Assembly: GCA_007130045.1 (NCBI GenBank)
Contig: SLTG01000001.1
Location: 44,864-108,863, forward strand
DNA: 64,000 nt
Source of the DNA: Opitutales bacterium
Lineage (GTDB): Bacteria; Verrucomicrobiota; Verrucomicrobiia; Opitutales; T3Sed10-336
Direction: 5' to 3'
Both the position numbers and the translations under genes were made by a program. Below are positions 47,924-57,993 of the stretch, piece after piece; position 1 is the stretch's first letter, and each line of letters opens with the position of its first letter. The notes under the pieces were generated by a model. The model saw only the letters and a list, made by a program, of their open reading frames with translations. It searched no databases and was not told the DNA's origin.

Positions 47924-50021
47924 GATGTTCCTTCTCCCACTGTTTAAGAATTGCGAGCAGCTTCTTGCGGGCCTTCGGATTCACGGCAAACAGACGCCAC
48001 CCGGCTTCGCGAACGCCGTAGCTCGTGGTGTCAAGCTGCTCTTCCAAGGCGGGTTTGAAAAGCTCTTTTTCATCAAGCATTTCCTCGATGACCGGACGGG
48101 GAATCCCGATCCGGTCGCCCGCGATCGCAATAAAATTACTGAACTGCCTGCATCCGATTTTTTGATTCATCTCGCGGTCGAGCATTCGCAGGGTGCCCGC
48201 CGCCATTAATCCGCCGAGACCGAGCACGCCCATCAACTCGAGCGCGGTGATCCCCAGCACAGACGCCCCGCCGTCGAACGGAATCAGGATCACCGCCGCA
48301 AGCCCGACGAAAAAGGAGCCGAATATGCGAACGGTCGCCTTCAATTTGCTGGTGTTCTTCCAGATCTGCCGGGCCAGCGCGTCCCACTCCTCGCGGGTCA
48401 TGTTCGTGCGCTCCTCCACGCGGTAACGCTCCAGAATCGCACGCGCCTCCTCTTTCCACGATCGCTCCGGACCCGCTTCCCTCGTGGCGACGCTCCAGCG
48501 GTAAAGGAGTTTTTCAATGTCCTTTTCCTGGATCAACTGCTTCTGGAGCCGGTTCTTGAGACTTTCGAATTTTCCACCCGCCCGGAGCCACGGAAAAGCT
48601 CGCGCCATCGCCTCGCGCCCCTGCCTCACCGCTTCGACCGCCCGGTGCACGATTCTACGGCGAAGGGCGATCAGCGGCTTCAGCTGCAACGGCGCCGTCC
48701 GCTCCATACTTTCCTTGAAGCTCATCACGATTTCCGGATCGATCTTGAGGCGAAGTGCCTGATCCCCGTCGTGCATAAGCTCGTGTGCGAGTTCGTGGAG
48801 TTCGCCGGCCGCGCGCTTCACCCGGACGCGCTCCGCGTCCGCCTTCGCATCGAGCGCGGCAAGCTGCTCACGGACTTGTCCGAGCAGGTCCTCCGCAATC
48901 TCGCGCTGGCGCTTTTGCCGGATCACCGCCGGGCGGACCAGGTCCGCCAGACAATGGATCGATCGCTCCTCCTGAATCCGGTCGGGACCGTTTCGTCCGG
49001 CATCGGAATCAATTCTGAAAAAACACGGCTCACGCGCGTCCTCCGGCTTCTGGAAATTCTCGTCCCAGGCCGGTGTGAAGTCACGACTGGCGGGAACAAG
49101 GAAGTCATAGGCGCCGTAGCAGAGGATACCGGTCTTCGTTCGCAACGCCTGGCATAATTCATCGTAAACGGCTTCGGGCGGTTCGGGCGGACGGATCAGG
49201 TTGATCGCAAAAATTCTGACAGCCTCGGGAATGCGCCGCCGCACCAGTTCCCCGAGATCGCGAATCTCGATCTGCGACCGCGGCGTCACGATAATCACCC
49301 CGGCGCAAATTTCGGACGCCTTCGCAATCGCCTCCAGACGCAGGTTCTCTCCTTCCTTCTCGTTCTCCTGCAAGCGTTGCATGTCCGGGCAATCCAGCAA
49401 CGCCACGCCGTGCCGATCCAGACCTTCGTCGAATGCGACCAATGGACGGTGAAACGCGCTCACGTCGGCGTACTGCTCCCGGCTTTCGTCCGGATCTGCG
49501 GAAAGGTGCTCGGGCCGGTCTTCGAAGATAAACCCCAGGATTGTCTCCAGGCGCTCGAACAGCGCCGGATCGGATTCCCATGAACGCGGAATCCAGAGAA
49601 CAAACCGCTGCGTTCCCTGCCGGCTTCCCAACCCGACCGGAACCCGTTCGCGATTCGGCGGAGCCAGAAAGGAGCGCACGAGGGACGACTTGCCGCCGTT
49701 GATTGGTCCAATGACGGCCAGAATCGGCACGTCGCTGAACTCGCGGGCAATCCTCGACGTCGTTTCGAGTCTTTCGTACGCCGCGGGCTCGATCTCCCGC
49801 AAGGCGTCCAGAAACCCCATTTCCTTCGTCTCCGGCCAGGTTTCCCCCACCAGTTGTAAGCCGGGTTCTTTAAGTCCGCTCCAGAATTCGTTAAGATCCA
49901 TGCGCCGTGCGTTCTTGCGTTTCAAATCGATTGCTGTAGACATTAAAGATTCTGTTTGGCCGGTCCTCAATGCGAAAGCCGGATCCGCCAAAAACGAATT
50001 ATTATCGTTAACGCCCTCCAT
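47904..50021 (-). CDS. Large membrane-hairpin P-loop NTPase, paralog A (divergent dynamin-like/TRAFAC-like)
   Basis: 705 aa as called. Walker A 'GPINGGKSS' (49686..49709) and 'ALLDCPD'. 'FAINLIRP' sits in place of NKxD. It has helical stalk-like regions and hydrophobic hairpin 'IFGSFFVGLAAVILIPF...VLGITALELMGVLGLGGLMAAGTL'. Alternative starts at 49943 (M27) or 49901 (M41) are more plausible than 50021. Confidence 0.75.
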   Translation of the reverse strand: MEGVNDNNSFLADPAFALRTGQTESLMSTAIDLKRKNARRMDLNEFWSGLKEPGLQLVGETWPETKEMGFLDALREIEPAAYERLETTSRIAREFSDVPILAVIGPINGGKSSLVRSFLAPPNRERVPVGLGSRQGTQRFVLWIPRSWESDPALFERLETILGFIFEDRPEHLSADPDESREQYADVSAFHRPLVAFDEGLDRHGVALLDCPDMQRLQENEKEGENLRLEAIAKASEICAGVIIVTPRSQIEIRDLGELVRRRIPEAVRIFAINLIRPPEPPEAVYDELCQALRTKTGILCYGAYDFLVPASRDFTPAWDENFQKPEDAREPCFFRIDSDAGRNGPDRIQEERSIHCLADLVRPAVIRQKRQREIAEDLLGQVREQLAALDAKADAERVRVKRAAGELHELAHELMHDGDQALRLKIDPEIVMSFKESMERTAPLQLKPLIALRRRIVHRAVEAVRQGREAMARAFPWLRAGGKFESLKNRLQKQLIQEKDIEKLLYRWSVATREAGPERSWKEEARAILERYRVEERTNMTREEWDALARQIWKNTSKLKATVRIFGSFFVGLAAVILIPFDGGASVLGITALELMGVLGLGGLMAAGTLRMLDREMNQKIGCRQFSNFIAIAGDRIGIPRPVIEEMLDEKELFKPALEEQLDTTSYGVREAGWRLFAVNPKARKKLLAILKQWEKEHHAVQTT

Positions 50022-50976
50022 GGCCGAACCTTATTCGCATCGAAATCTCCTCTCCATCAAGAATCTGACGAAACGCTACGGCGCCCTTACGGCCGTCGAC
50101 GATGTCTCGCTTGAGATCCGGCCCGGCGAGATTTTCGCGCTGCTGGGCGTCAATGGCGCCGGCAAGACAACCATGATCGGGTGCATCACCGGATTGATCT
50201 CCAGGTTTGAGGGAGAAATCCGCATCGCCGGATACGATGTGCGGAAAGATTACCGCATCGCGCGCCAGCTTGTCGGACTCGTCCCCCAGGAACTGAATTT
50301 CGACGGTTTCTTTCCGACCGCCGAAACCCTCCGTTACCAGGGCGGCTACTTCGGGCACCGCGCCAATCGCGCCCGCGCCGATGAACTCCTCGAAACCTTC
50401 TCCCTCACCGAAAAGGCCGACGCCAATACACGCAAACTCTCCGGCGGGATGAAGCGGCGGCTCATGGTCTGCAAGTCGCTCATGCACAGCCCCGCTCTCC
50501 TCTTTCTCGACGAACCGACCGCCGGGGTCGATGTCGACCTGAGGGAAAACCTCTGGAACTACATCCGCAAACTGCGCGACTCCGGCACCACGATCGTCCT
50601 GACCACCCACTACCTCGAAGAGGCCGAGAACCTCGCGGACCGCATCGGGATTATCAACCGGGGTCGACTGCTGCGGGTTGATTCGCGCGATGAGCTTATG
50701 CGCCTCTTCGGGCGGCGCTGGATCGAGGTCCGCCTCTCCGGCCCCGTGCCGTCCGGACTAATGGACCGGTTGGACGACTTTCAACCTGAAACTCCCGCTC
50801 CGGACCGGCTGCGTATCACGTTTTCCGAGCCGGCGCACCACGGCTCGTGCGACGAAGCGCCCGTCAAGCGCCTGATGCGGGAAATCCAGCGCGCCGGCCT
50901 CGAGATGGAAACCCTCGAGGGCGGCAGGAATCGCCTCGAAGATATTTTCCGCGAGGTCGTTCATTCTGACGCGTAA
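50020..50976 (+). CDS. ABC transporter ATP-binding protein (ABC-2 exporter type)
   Basis: The ATG at 50020 gives 'MAEPYSHRNLLSIKNLTKRYG'. Walker A 'GVNGAGKTT', signature 'LSGGMKRR' and Walker B 'LLFLDEPTAGVD'. Confidence 0.92.
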   Translation: MAEPYSHRNLLSIKNLTKRYGALTAVDDVSLEIRPGEIFALLGVNGAGKTTMIGCITGLISRFEGEIRIAGYDVRKDYRIARQLVGLVPQELNFDGFFPTAETLRYQGGYFGHRANRARADELLETFSLTEKADANTRKLSGGMKRRLMVCKSLMHSPALLFLDEPTAGVDVDLRENLWNYIRKLRDSGTTIVLTTHYLEEAENLADRIGIINRGRLLRVDSRDELMRLFGRRWIEVRLSGPVPSGLMDRLDDFQPETPAPDRLRITFSEPAHHGSCDEAPVKRLMREIQRAGLEMETLEGGRNRLEDIFREVVHSDA

Positions 50977-50981
50977 ACGCA

Positions 50982-51896
50982 GTGGCAATGATGAACCCTC
51001 CCGATCCCATGATTCAACCGGCTACCGAAACCGTTGCTTCAGCAGCCCGGAGGAGCGACGGCATGCCGCCACGCGAGGCCGAGGAAGCAGCCCGCCGGCA
51101 CATCACCCAGGTCGAGCGGCGCGCCATAGGGAATCACGGATCGCGGGGAACCTGGATGCTGTTTCGGCGGGAACTGGCGCGCTTCATGAAGGTCGCCGGC
51201 CAGACGATCGTCAGCCCCGTCCTCACGACCATCCTCTGGTTTATCGTCTTCGGCTTTTCCCTGGGCAGCCGCCTCGATCAGATCAACGGCATCCCCTACG
51301 TCGATTTTCTTGTCCCCGGCCTGATCATGCTCAACCTGATCAGTAATGCTTTCCTGAATACGGGTTTCTCGCTTTTCATTTCGAAAGTCCACGGCTCCGT
51401 TGTGGACATCCTCCTCACTCCCCTCACACCGACCCAGATCATGATCGGCTACACCGCCGCGTCGGTGCTTCGTGCCCTGATCATTGGAGGCCTGATCTGG
51501 CTGGTCGCGGAAGTGATGGGCGCCTCGACCCTCCACAACCCGGCATTTACGCTGGCGTTCATGATCCTGACTTCGATGGCGTTCTCCCTCTTCGGGCTGG
51601 TCGTCGCGATCCTTGCCGAGGACTTCGACCACATCAACCTGTTCCCGAGCTTCCTGATCATGCCCCTGACGTTTCTCGGCGGCGTCTTCTATTCGATCGA
51701 GATGCTGCCGTCACCCTGGGACACCGTTTCCCTGGTCAATCCCATCCTCTACATGGTCAACGGGCTGCGTTACGGAATGACCGGTGTCACGGACGTCCCG
51801 GTCGGCCTCGGCCTCTTCCTGGTCACCGGCTCAGTCGCCGTCTTCGGCGCGGTCGCCTACTGGCTGCTGGCCACTGGGAAAAAGCTGCGCGAATGA
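50982..51896 (+). CDS. ABC-2 type transporter permease
   Basis: 6-TM ABC-2 layout: 'RELARFMKVAGQTIVSPVLTTILWFIVFG', 'FLVPGLIM' and 'NPILYMVNGLRYG'. It starts 6 nt after the ATPase gene. There are several close start candidates (GTG 50982, ATG 50988/50991). Confidence 0.85.
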   Translation: MAMMNPPDPMIQPATETVASAARRSDGMPPREAEEAARRHITQVERRAIGNHGSRGTWMLFRRELARFMKVAGQTIVSPVLTTILWFIVFGFSLGSRLDQINGIPYVDFLVPGLIMLNLISNAFLNTGFSLFISKVHGSVVDILLTPLTPTQIMIGYTAASVLRALIIGGLIWLVAEVMGASTLHNPAFTLAFMILTSMAFSLFGLVVAILAEDFDHINLFPSFLIMPLTFLGGVFYSIEMLPSPWDTVSLVNPILYMVNGLRYGMTGVTDVPVGLGLFLVTGSVAVFGAVAYWLLATGKKLRE

Positions 51897-52092
51897 TCCG
51901 GTAACCGAAACCGGGATTCAGCCTGCACTCCTCACAGCCCTGGATCGAGGAGTGATCGATCCGGGCTACCGGGCAACCTCGTGCAGCAGGCCCATGTCGA
52001 AATATTGGCCGGCCACAGTTTCGTGACAACGAACGACAGGGGGCATTTCGAGCAGGAACAATATAACAAATCCGTAATCAGAATTATTATCA

Positions 52093-52695
52093 ATGCGCCG
52101 CACACTCCCATTCCCTGTTTTCCACTTTGCGCTCATAGGATTCGGCTTCACGGGAACGGCTGAAGCCGTCGCGGAAGCGGTTCAAGTCAAGAACGACAAG
52201 CCCTGGTATATCGCCGCATACGCCGGCCCGGTCAGCTATACGCGGTTCAACGAGATCATTCGCTTCCAGACCGACTTCCGCGATTCCTACGTGGCCGCCC
52301 TCTCCGTGGGGCGGGTCCTCTACTCGTACACCCGGTACGCGCAGTGGGAACTCGAAGGACAGACGACGCGCCATTGGGGAAAACAAAATCACTCCGAGAT
52401 CAATGCGGCATTGCTGCTCCGATGGAAGCGGTTTCCCTGGGACCAACACCTCAGGACCTCGGTCGCGATCGGAATCGGCCCCTCCTACGCGTTCGAGATT
52501 CCTCGGATCGAAGATGAACGGCACGACAAAGCCTCGCGGCGCCTTCTCTTCATGCCGTTTGAACTGACCGCCGGACCGAAAAGCGGCGCATGGGAATGCC
52601 TCATTCGCATCCACCACCGTTCCGGCGGATTCGACGTGGTGAGCGAAGCCGGCGGCTCAAACTTCGTCACTCTCGGCCTGCGCCGTTGGTTCTGA
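52093..52695 (+). CDS. Outer-membrane beta-barrel protein, PagL/acyloxyacyl-hydrolase-like (tentative)
   Basis: Signal-like N-terminus, alternating beta-strand pattern and terminal 'LGLRRWF'. The 'IHHRSGGFDVVSEAGGSN' block resembles the PagL His-x-Ser...Glu region. Confidence 0.45.
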   Translation: MRRTLPFPVFHFALIGFGFTGTAEAVAEAVQVKNDKPWYIAAYAGPVSYTRFNEIIRFQTDFRDSYVAALSVGRVLYSYTRYAQWELEGQTTRHWGKQNHSEINAALLLRWKRFPWDQHLRTSVAIGIGPSYAFEIPRIEDERHDKASRRLLFMPFELTAGPKSGAWECLIRIHHRSGGFDVVSEAGGSNFVTLGLRRWF

Positions 52696-52888
52696 GCGGA
52701 TGCCGTGATATTCGTTCCAGGAATTCCGGCAACAACCTCCCGTGAAAGCAGCTCACGCATTCTGATCACCTGCGTTCTCCGGCCGTGTTGTTCGGAGCGG
52801 AACCGGCTCGCGACGAACAGCCTCCCCAGAGGACGGCATTCGAGCGCATGGACAAGGCAGCACTCTCGGCGAACGGGCCAGGTACGTT

Positions 52889-53749
52889 TCAATGCACGAC
52901 TTTATTGAGCGGATATTCGATGATGCCTTCGGCGCCGTACTGCTTCAACTCGGGAATAATTTGGCGCACGACCCGCTCATCGACGATCGTTTCGATCGCG
53001 ACCCACCCGTCGGAGCTGAGCGGTGAAACGGTGGGATTGCGCAGGGACGGAAGTCCCTGAAGGATCTTTTCAAGGTCTTCACTTCGCGCGTTGAGCTTCA
53101 GCCCGACTTTCGATTCGGCCTCCAGGGCCGCTTTCAGGAGGAGCGCGATGTTTTCGATTTTCTTTCGCTTTGACGGATCCTCCCAACTCCGCCTGTTGGC
53201 GATCAGCTTCGTATTGGTTTCGAGCAGGGTTTCGACGATGCGCAGCTTGTTCGCACGGAGAGAATTGCCGGTCTCGGTCAATTCGACGATCGCATCGACG
53301 AGGTCGGGGACCTTCACTTCGGTCGCACCCCAGGAAAACTCCACTTCGGCTTCGACGCCGTGTTCCTTGAGAAACTTGCGGGCAATGTTGACGACCTCGG
53401 TCGCTATCCGTTTGCCCTGCAGGTCCTTGACCGTCTTGACCGGCGAGGACTCCGGAACCGCAAGCACCCAGTATGCGGGCCGCAGGGACGCCCGGTTGTA
53501 CAGCAGGTCGCATACCTCGACGACGTCGGAATCGTTTTCAACCACCCAGTCGCGCCCCGTCAGGCCGCAATCGAAATACCCGTGCTCCACGTACCGGCTG
53601 ATCTCCTGGCCGCGCACAAACCGCCCGTCCAGTTCCTCGTCGTCGATCGAGGGTTTGTAGGAGCGCGAACTCTTGCCAATCCTAAACCCCGCTTTGCCAA
53701 AAAGGCGCAAGGTCGATTCTTCGAGGCTCCCTTTCGGGAGTCCCAACAT
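52889..53749 (-). CDS. hisG: ATP phosphoribosyltransferase (long form)
   Basis: ORF 52889..53860; the ATG at 53749 gives '[22 protein letters not shown]'. Blocks 'DCGLTGRDW' and '[13 protein letters not shown]'. The C-terminal regulatory domain is present. Confidence 0.9.
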   Translation of the reverse strand: MLGLPKGSLEESTLRLFGKAGFRIGKSSRSYKPSIDDEELDGRFVRGQEISRYVEHGYFDCGLTGRDWVVENDSDVVEVCDLLYNRASLRPAYWVLAVPESSPVKTVKDLQGKRIATEVVNIARKFLKEHGVEAEVEFSWGATEVKVPDLVDAIVELTETGNSLRANKLRIVETLLETNTKLIANRRSWEDPSKRKKIENIALLLKAALEAESKVGLKLNARSEDLEKILQGLPSLRNPTVSPLSSDGWVAIETIVDERVVRQIIPELKQYGAEGIIEYPLNKVVH

Positions 53750-53968
53750 CAATAATGCCGGTGTATTTTTAGACACCCTCTTAGAAAGAGGAAGAAAGGC
53801 CCGGACATTCAAGTTTATTTTTTTTGACAATCTCTTTACTTTCCTCCTAATAAGGAGCAATCCTTTAGTCGTACAACTATCTTTCGTATTCTTTTCGTTT
53901 TACAATTAATTGAAACAACCCGAGCGCGACCCGACGAGTCCGCCGTCCTCCCCTAAACTCGTTACGCT

Positions 53969-54760
53969 ATGAGCCGTGAAGCAAAACCAACGATCGTCAT
54001 CGTCGAAGACGAGCCCGAACTCGCCAACCTGATATCCGCCAATCTCGAAGAGGCGGGCATGTTGACGATGACGTACAACAGCGCTGCCGCCGCGACGCGT
54101 TTTCTAAAGAAGAACTTTGCAAACCTCCTGCTGCTCGATCTCGGTCTGCCCGACCAGGACGGATTCTCTTTGCTCGAAAGCCTGAAGAAGAGCGCCATCG
54201 AGGTGCCGACGATTTTCGTCACCGGCAACCACTCGGAACTCAACATCATCAAGGGCCTGGAGATCGGCGGGGATGACTACATCACCAAGCCGTTCAGCTT
54301 TCCTGAATTGATCGCGCGCATTCAAGCGGTGCTGAGGAGAACGGAAACCCTCAAGGACCAAAAGGTCACACAGAACGCCAGCCTTGCCGAGGAGCCGTTT
54401 GAATTCTGCGGCGCCAAGGTCAATCCGCACCGCTTGGAGGTCCAGTACCCCAACGGGGAGACATCGACGCTCGGGCGGAAGGAATTGGGCATCCTGCAGT
54501 ACCTTTTCTCCAATCAAAGCGTCGTGCTTTCCCGCAAAAGCCTGATCCACTCCGTCTGGGGTATTCATGCGGACATTCGCAGCCGTTCGCTCGACCAGTA
54601 CATCGTCAAAATCCGTGATTCCCTCTCCAAGGGAGGGTGCTCGCTGGTGCCGTTCCGCACAATTCACGGCGTCGGGTACATTTACGACCCGGAAGACAAG
54701 AGCGACGCCGGCAAGGAAGACAAAGTGAAAGTTGGCGGCGGATCGCCGCAAAAAGGCTGA
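53969..54760 (+). CDS. OmpR-family response regulator (no adjacent histidine kinase)
   Basis: Receiver 'IVIVEDEPELANL...LLLLDLGLPDQDG...ITKPF'. Winged-helix output 'LGRKELGILQYL...DQYIVKIRDSL...IHGVGYIY'. Lys/Gly-rich C-terminal tail. Confidence 0.88.
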   Translation: MSREAKPTIVIVEDEPELANLISANLEEAGMLTMTYNSAAAATRFLKKNFANLLLLDLGLPDQDGFSLLESLKKSAIEVPTIFVTGNHSELNIIKGLEIGGDDYITKPFSFPELIARIQAVLRRTETLKDQKVTQNASLAEEPFEFCGAKVNPHRLEVQYPNGETSTLGRKELGILQYLFSNQSVVLSRKSLIHSVWGIHADIRSRSLDQYIVKIRDSLSKGGCSLVPFRTIHGVGYIYDPEDKSDAGKEDKVKVGGGSPQKG

Positions 54761-54815
54761 ATTGTTCCGGTTCCCGCCGGCAGGACACCGGACTTCGGGA
54801 TTTATTTTTAGGTGA

Positions 54816-56147
54816 ATGACCGAATCGCCTTGTTTTCCGGGCGGCGCAGACTTATCGGAAGAAGGTCCAGCTTCACCAATCGCCATGCCGCACACGACTC
54901 CTCGTCCCGAACGAAAATCGCGTCCTTCCGCAGCAGATCTCCTGGGAGCAGTCGCTCTCATCCTGGCTCCACTGTGCCTGTCCGCCGACGATCTATTCAT
55001 CATCGAAGCCAACGGATCTCGCGGGAGTGGCTCCAGCCTTCCCGACCTGATCCAGGATTTCCTGCTGGCACGGGGACAGTTCTCGGAACTGGAAGGGCAA
55101 CCCGCGTACAACGCCGAGTTGACGTATGCGGGCGTTGCCAACGCCATTGAAATGGACGTTGGAACTACGGGACTCGAAGTTGTATTACGAATTCCCACGA
55201 CCGGATTCGAAAGGACCTTTACAGGGACTTCACGGGAGGACGTGGAAAATCAGATCGAAGATTTCGTCAAGGACGACGGCGCCCGCGAATGGGGCCGGTT
55301 CAACCGCGAGATGGCGAAAAGATCCCTGGTCGCGGTCACCGACGGCAACCCCAACAGCACGACCGCCCACGCGGCGAACTCAATGTTTCAGGAGTTCGGC
55401 CGGCGCCCGGGCCGTACGCAGCTAGACCGCTCGATCGGGAGGGCGGCCGGGAGCCGGATCGGATTCTCCCTGATACCCGCGTACTCCCAGTTTGAGGCCG
55501 GCGACTTCGGCGGTGAGGTCTATTCGCTCCGATTCGCGTTCAAGGCGAAATTCACCGAAAGGATCGGCCTCGTTCTTCTCGCGCCCGCGAATTATGTCCG
55601 GGTCGAAGGGGCGGAAGTTTACCATCTCGGGGCCACCGCAGGCCTTCCATTAACTCTGATTCCCGATAGAGGGCGCGACCCGTTGTATTGGAAAGTCACC
55701 CCTTCCGCGGGAATAATCGGCTCGGGTTCGGCCGATTTCGCGGCAGGCGGTCTCGTGGAGCATTACGCGGTGACGAGTCTACTGGCCTACCAGTTGGGAA
55801 ACTTCACATTGTCCATGGGTAACCAGTACGGGACTTATCGGGGCCGAAACTCCTCCTATCGCGATTTCGACATTCGCACCGACCTCGACCAGCGGATCAT
55901 CAAGAATGGCCTGACGCTGTCCGTTCCCTTTGGCTACCGTTGGGTGATGGATGTTTACGTCGAGGAAACCCGTTTCCGGAAAGAGGCGGCGATCAACCGT
56001 TACAGAGGAGTCGGCGGGGATCTGGTGTTCCGTCTGCCGGGACCATGGGGCGTGGGACGAGGTTACCTGACAGCCGGCGGCGGCTACGACTTCGGCGACG
56101 ACTACTCAGCGATCAAAGGCCGCGCAGGATTCGGGTGGCGATTCTAG
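54816..56147 (+). CDS. Hypothetical secreted / outer-membrane beta-barrel-like protein
   Basis: The internal ATG at 54885 gives 'MPHTTPRPERKSRPSAADLLGAVALILAPLCLSADD' (signal-like). Gly/Tyr-rich alternating pattern with a terminal '...GRAGFGWRF' aromatic residue. Confidence 0.5.
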   Translation: MTESPCFPGGADLSEEGPASPIAMPHTTPRPERKSRPSAADLLGAVALILAPLCLSADDLFIIEANGSRGSGSSLPDLIQDFLLARGQFSELEGQPAYNAELTYAGVANAIEMDVGTTGLEVVLRIPTTGFERTFTGTSREDVENQIEDFVKDDGAREWGRFNREMAKRSLVAVTDGNPNSTTAHAANSMFQEFGRRPGRTQLDRSIGRAAGSRIGFSLIPAYSQFEAGDFGGEVYSLRFAFKAKFTERIGLVLLAPANYVRVEGAEVYHLGATAGLPLTLIPDRGRDPLYWKVTPSAGIIGSGSADFAAGGLVEHYAVTSLLAYQLGNFTLSMGNQYGTYRGRNSSYRDFDIRTDLDQRIIKNGLTLSVPFGYRWVMDVYVEETRFRKEAAINRYRGVGGDLVFRLPGPWGVGRGYLTAGGGYDFGDDYSAIKGRAGFGWRF

Positions 56148-56367
56148 TGTAGCTCGCCGGAAATCATGAAACCTAACGGAAGTTCCTGATTCGCGTCGTA
56201 TCCCCCTGTGTCGTGCTTGCTTGCAAGCGCCAGGCTCGCGCAATCCGGAAAGCGTCTGCAAGCCCCGGCATGCCGGACAGGCAGAACACGCCACAGGAAT
56301 TCCCCCCTCTGGGAGACACCGCCTCTTCCCCCTGTGAGATAGGTTACAACCCGCTTGGCGGGCTACT

Positions 56368-57771
56368 CTATCCCCACATCCTCGCCAGAAACGCGTCGAG
56401 CCGTTTGAGTACGCAGGCTTTTCCCAAGACGGTCAGGAGTCCGTAGAATGACGGCCCGACATTTGTTCCGGAGACAGCGAGACGGGTGGGATGAATGTAT
56501 TCACCTGTAGCGGCGCCGGTCTGCTCAGAAAGAGCGCGCACTTTCTCCTCCAGAATGTCCTCGGTTAACGCCGAAAGCCCCTTCAGGACTTCGCGGATTT
56601 CAGTCAGACGGGCCTTCGGGTCGCCTTTATTGAGAACCTTCTTGCTCGCCTTTTCGTCGATCCTGAAATCCTCCGTAAAAAAATACGCGACGAACCGCGG
56701 GAGATCCTCAATCGAGCGCACTTTTTCCTGGCACAATTTCATCACCTGGTTGAAATAGCGTCGCTCCCGGCTGCCCCAACCTTCGATTTCGACTCCCTCA
56801 TGTTTCAGCGCACCCTCCCCGACCAGGAAACTCCACGCCTCCTCCGTGAACCGCTCAACCGGCATTTCCCTGAGATACGCCGCATTCAGGAACGAGAGCT
56901 TTTTCTCATCGAAACGGGCGTTGTTGCTTTTGATCGCCGGCAAATCGAACAACTGGATGATCTCGTTGATGTCCAACTTTTCGCGATCGTCTTTCGGCGA
57001 CCATCCCAGCAGACAGAGATAGTTGCGGACCGCCTCCGGCACAAAGCGTCGGCGCTGGTATTCCTCGATGAGCGACCCCTGGTCGCGCTTGCTCATCTTT
57101 CCCGGTCCGTTCTCTTTCAAAATCAGTGGAATATGAGCGTATACGGGAGGATTGACCCCAAACGCCTTAAACAGCTCGCAGTGCTTGCTCGTATTGGACA
57201 AATGATCTTCGCCGCGGATCACGTGCGTGATCCCCATCGTGAGGTCGTCCACCACATTGACAAAATGGAACACCGGCTGTCCGTTCTTGCGAAACAGCAC
57301 GAAATCCTGTTCCTCCGCCCGCTCCACGCGGCCGCGAATCCGGTCTTCGATCACCTGCGGCGTCGCCCTCACCTTCTCGACTTCGCACTTTTTGTAGGCG
57401 TCGTATGCGGTGTGCCGCTCGCCCTCCAACCGGAAGTAAACCGCTCCGTCCTTCTCGTAAACACGACCCGCCCCCCTGAGCTTTTCCAGGTAATCCAGGT
57501 AAACTGACGAGCGCTCACTCTGGAAATACGGCCCGTGCCGCCCCCCGACCTCGGGGCCCTCATCCCAGTTCAACCCCAGCCAACGCATTCCATTGAAGAT
57601 CACCGCAAGCGCCTCCTCGGTATTGCGCTCGCGGTCGGTATCCTCGATCCGGAGGACAAACTTTCCGCCCGTATGCCGGGCGTAAAGCCAGTTAAACAAG
57701 GCGGTTCGTGCGCTGCCGATATGAAAGAATCCCGTGGGACTCGGTGCAAAACGTACTCTGACTTCACTCAT
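56368..57771 (-). CDS. gltX: Glutamate--tRNA ligase
   Basis: ORF 56368..57783; the ATG at 57771 gives '[29 protein letters not shown]' (HIGH). KMSKS as 'GKMSKRD'. Confidence 0.95.
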   Translation of the reverse strand: MSEVRVRFAPSPTGFFHIGSARTALFNWLYARHTGGKFVLRIEDTDRERNTEEALAVIFNGMRWLGLNWDEGPEVGGRHGPYFQSERSSVYLDYLEKLRGAGRVYEKDGAVYFRLEGERHTAYDAYKKCEVEKVRATPQVIEDRIRGRVERAEEQDFVLFRKNGQPVFHFVNVVDDLTMGITHVIRGEDHLSNTSKHCELFKAFGVNPPVYAHIPLILKENGPGKMSKRDQGSLIEEYQRRRFVPEAVRNYLCLLGWSPKDDREKLDINEIIQLFDLPAIKSNNARFDEKKLSFLNAAYLREMPVERFTEEAWSFLVGEGALKHEGVEIEGWGSRERRYFNQVMKLCQEKVRSIEDLPRFVAYFFTEDFRIDEKASKKVLNKGDPKARLTEIREVLKGLSALTEDILEEKVRALSEQTGAATGEYIHPTRLAVSGTNVGPSFYGLLTVLGKACVLKRLDAFLARMWG

Positions 57772-57993
57772 GGAAACCCGCAATTAGCGTCCGAATCGAC
57801 CGGAAACGCAAACTGAAAAAGTTCCTCATAATAATACCCACTTAATAATCAAACGTACCTTTTCAGGTATATAGAGCCTGTCTGTTTACATTACCCCGCC
57901 AGCTTTGGCAGCGTTATGGAGAAACGATCCCGGGTTGATCTTTGCTTCAAAGGGGCCAAGTGTTTTCGCATCGCTGACATAAAGGAGAGCACA

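Noticed and set aside
56148-56367. Palindromes ('GCTTGCttGCAAGC', 'CCGGCATGCCGG') and a 10-nt direct repeat 'TCCCCCTGTG' (near 56200 and 56327) between the convergent OMP-like gene and gltX. I considered this as a possible sRNA or terminator.
   Set aside because: The stems are short with no U-tracts, and I could recognise no covariation or known RNA motif. They may just be weak convergent terminators.
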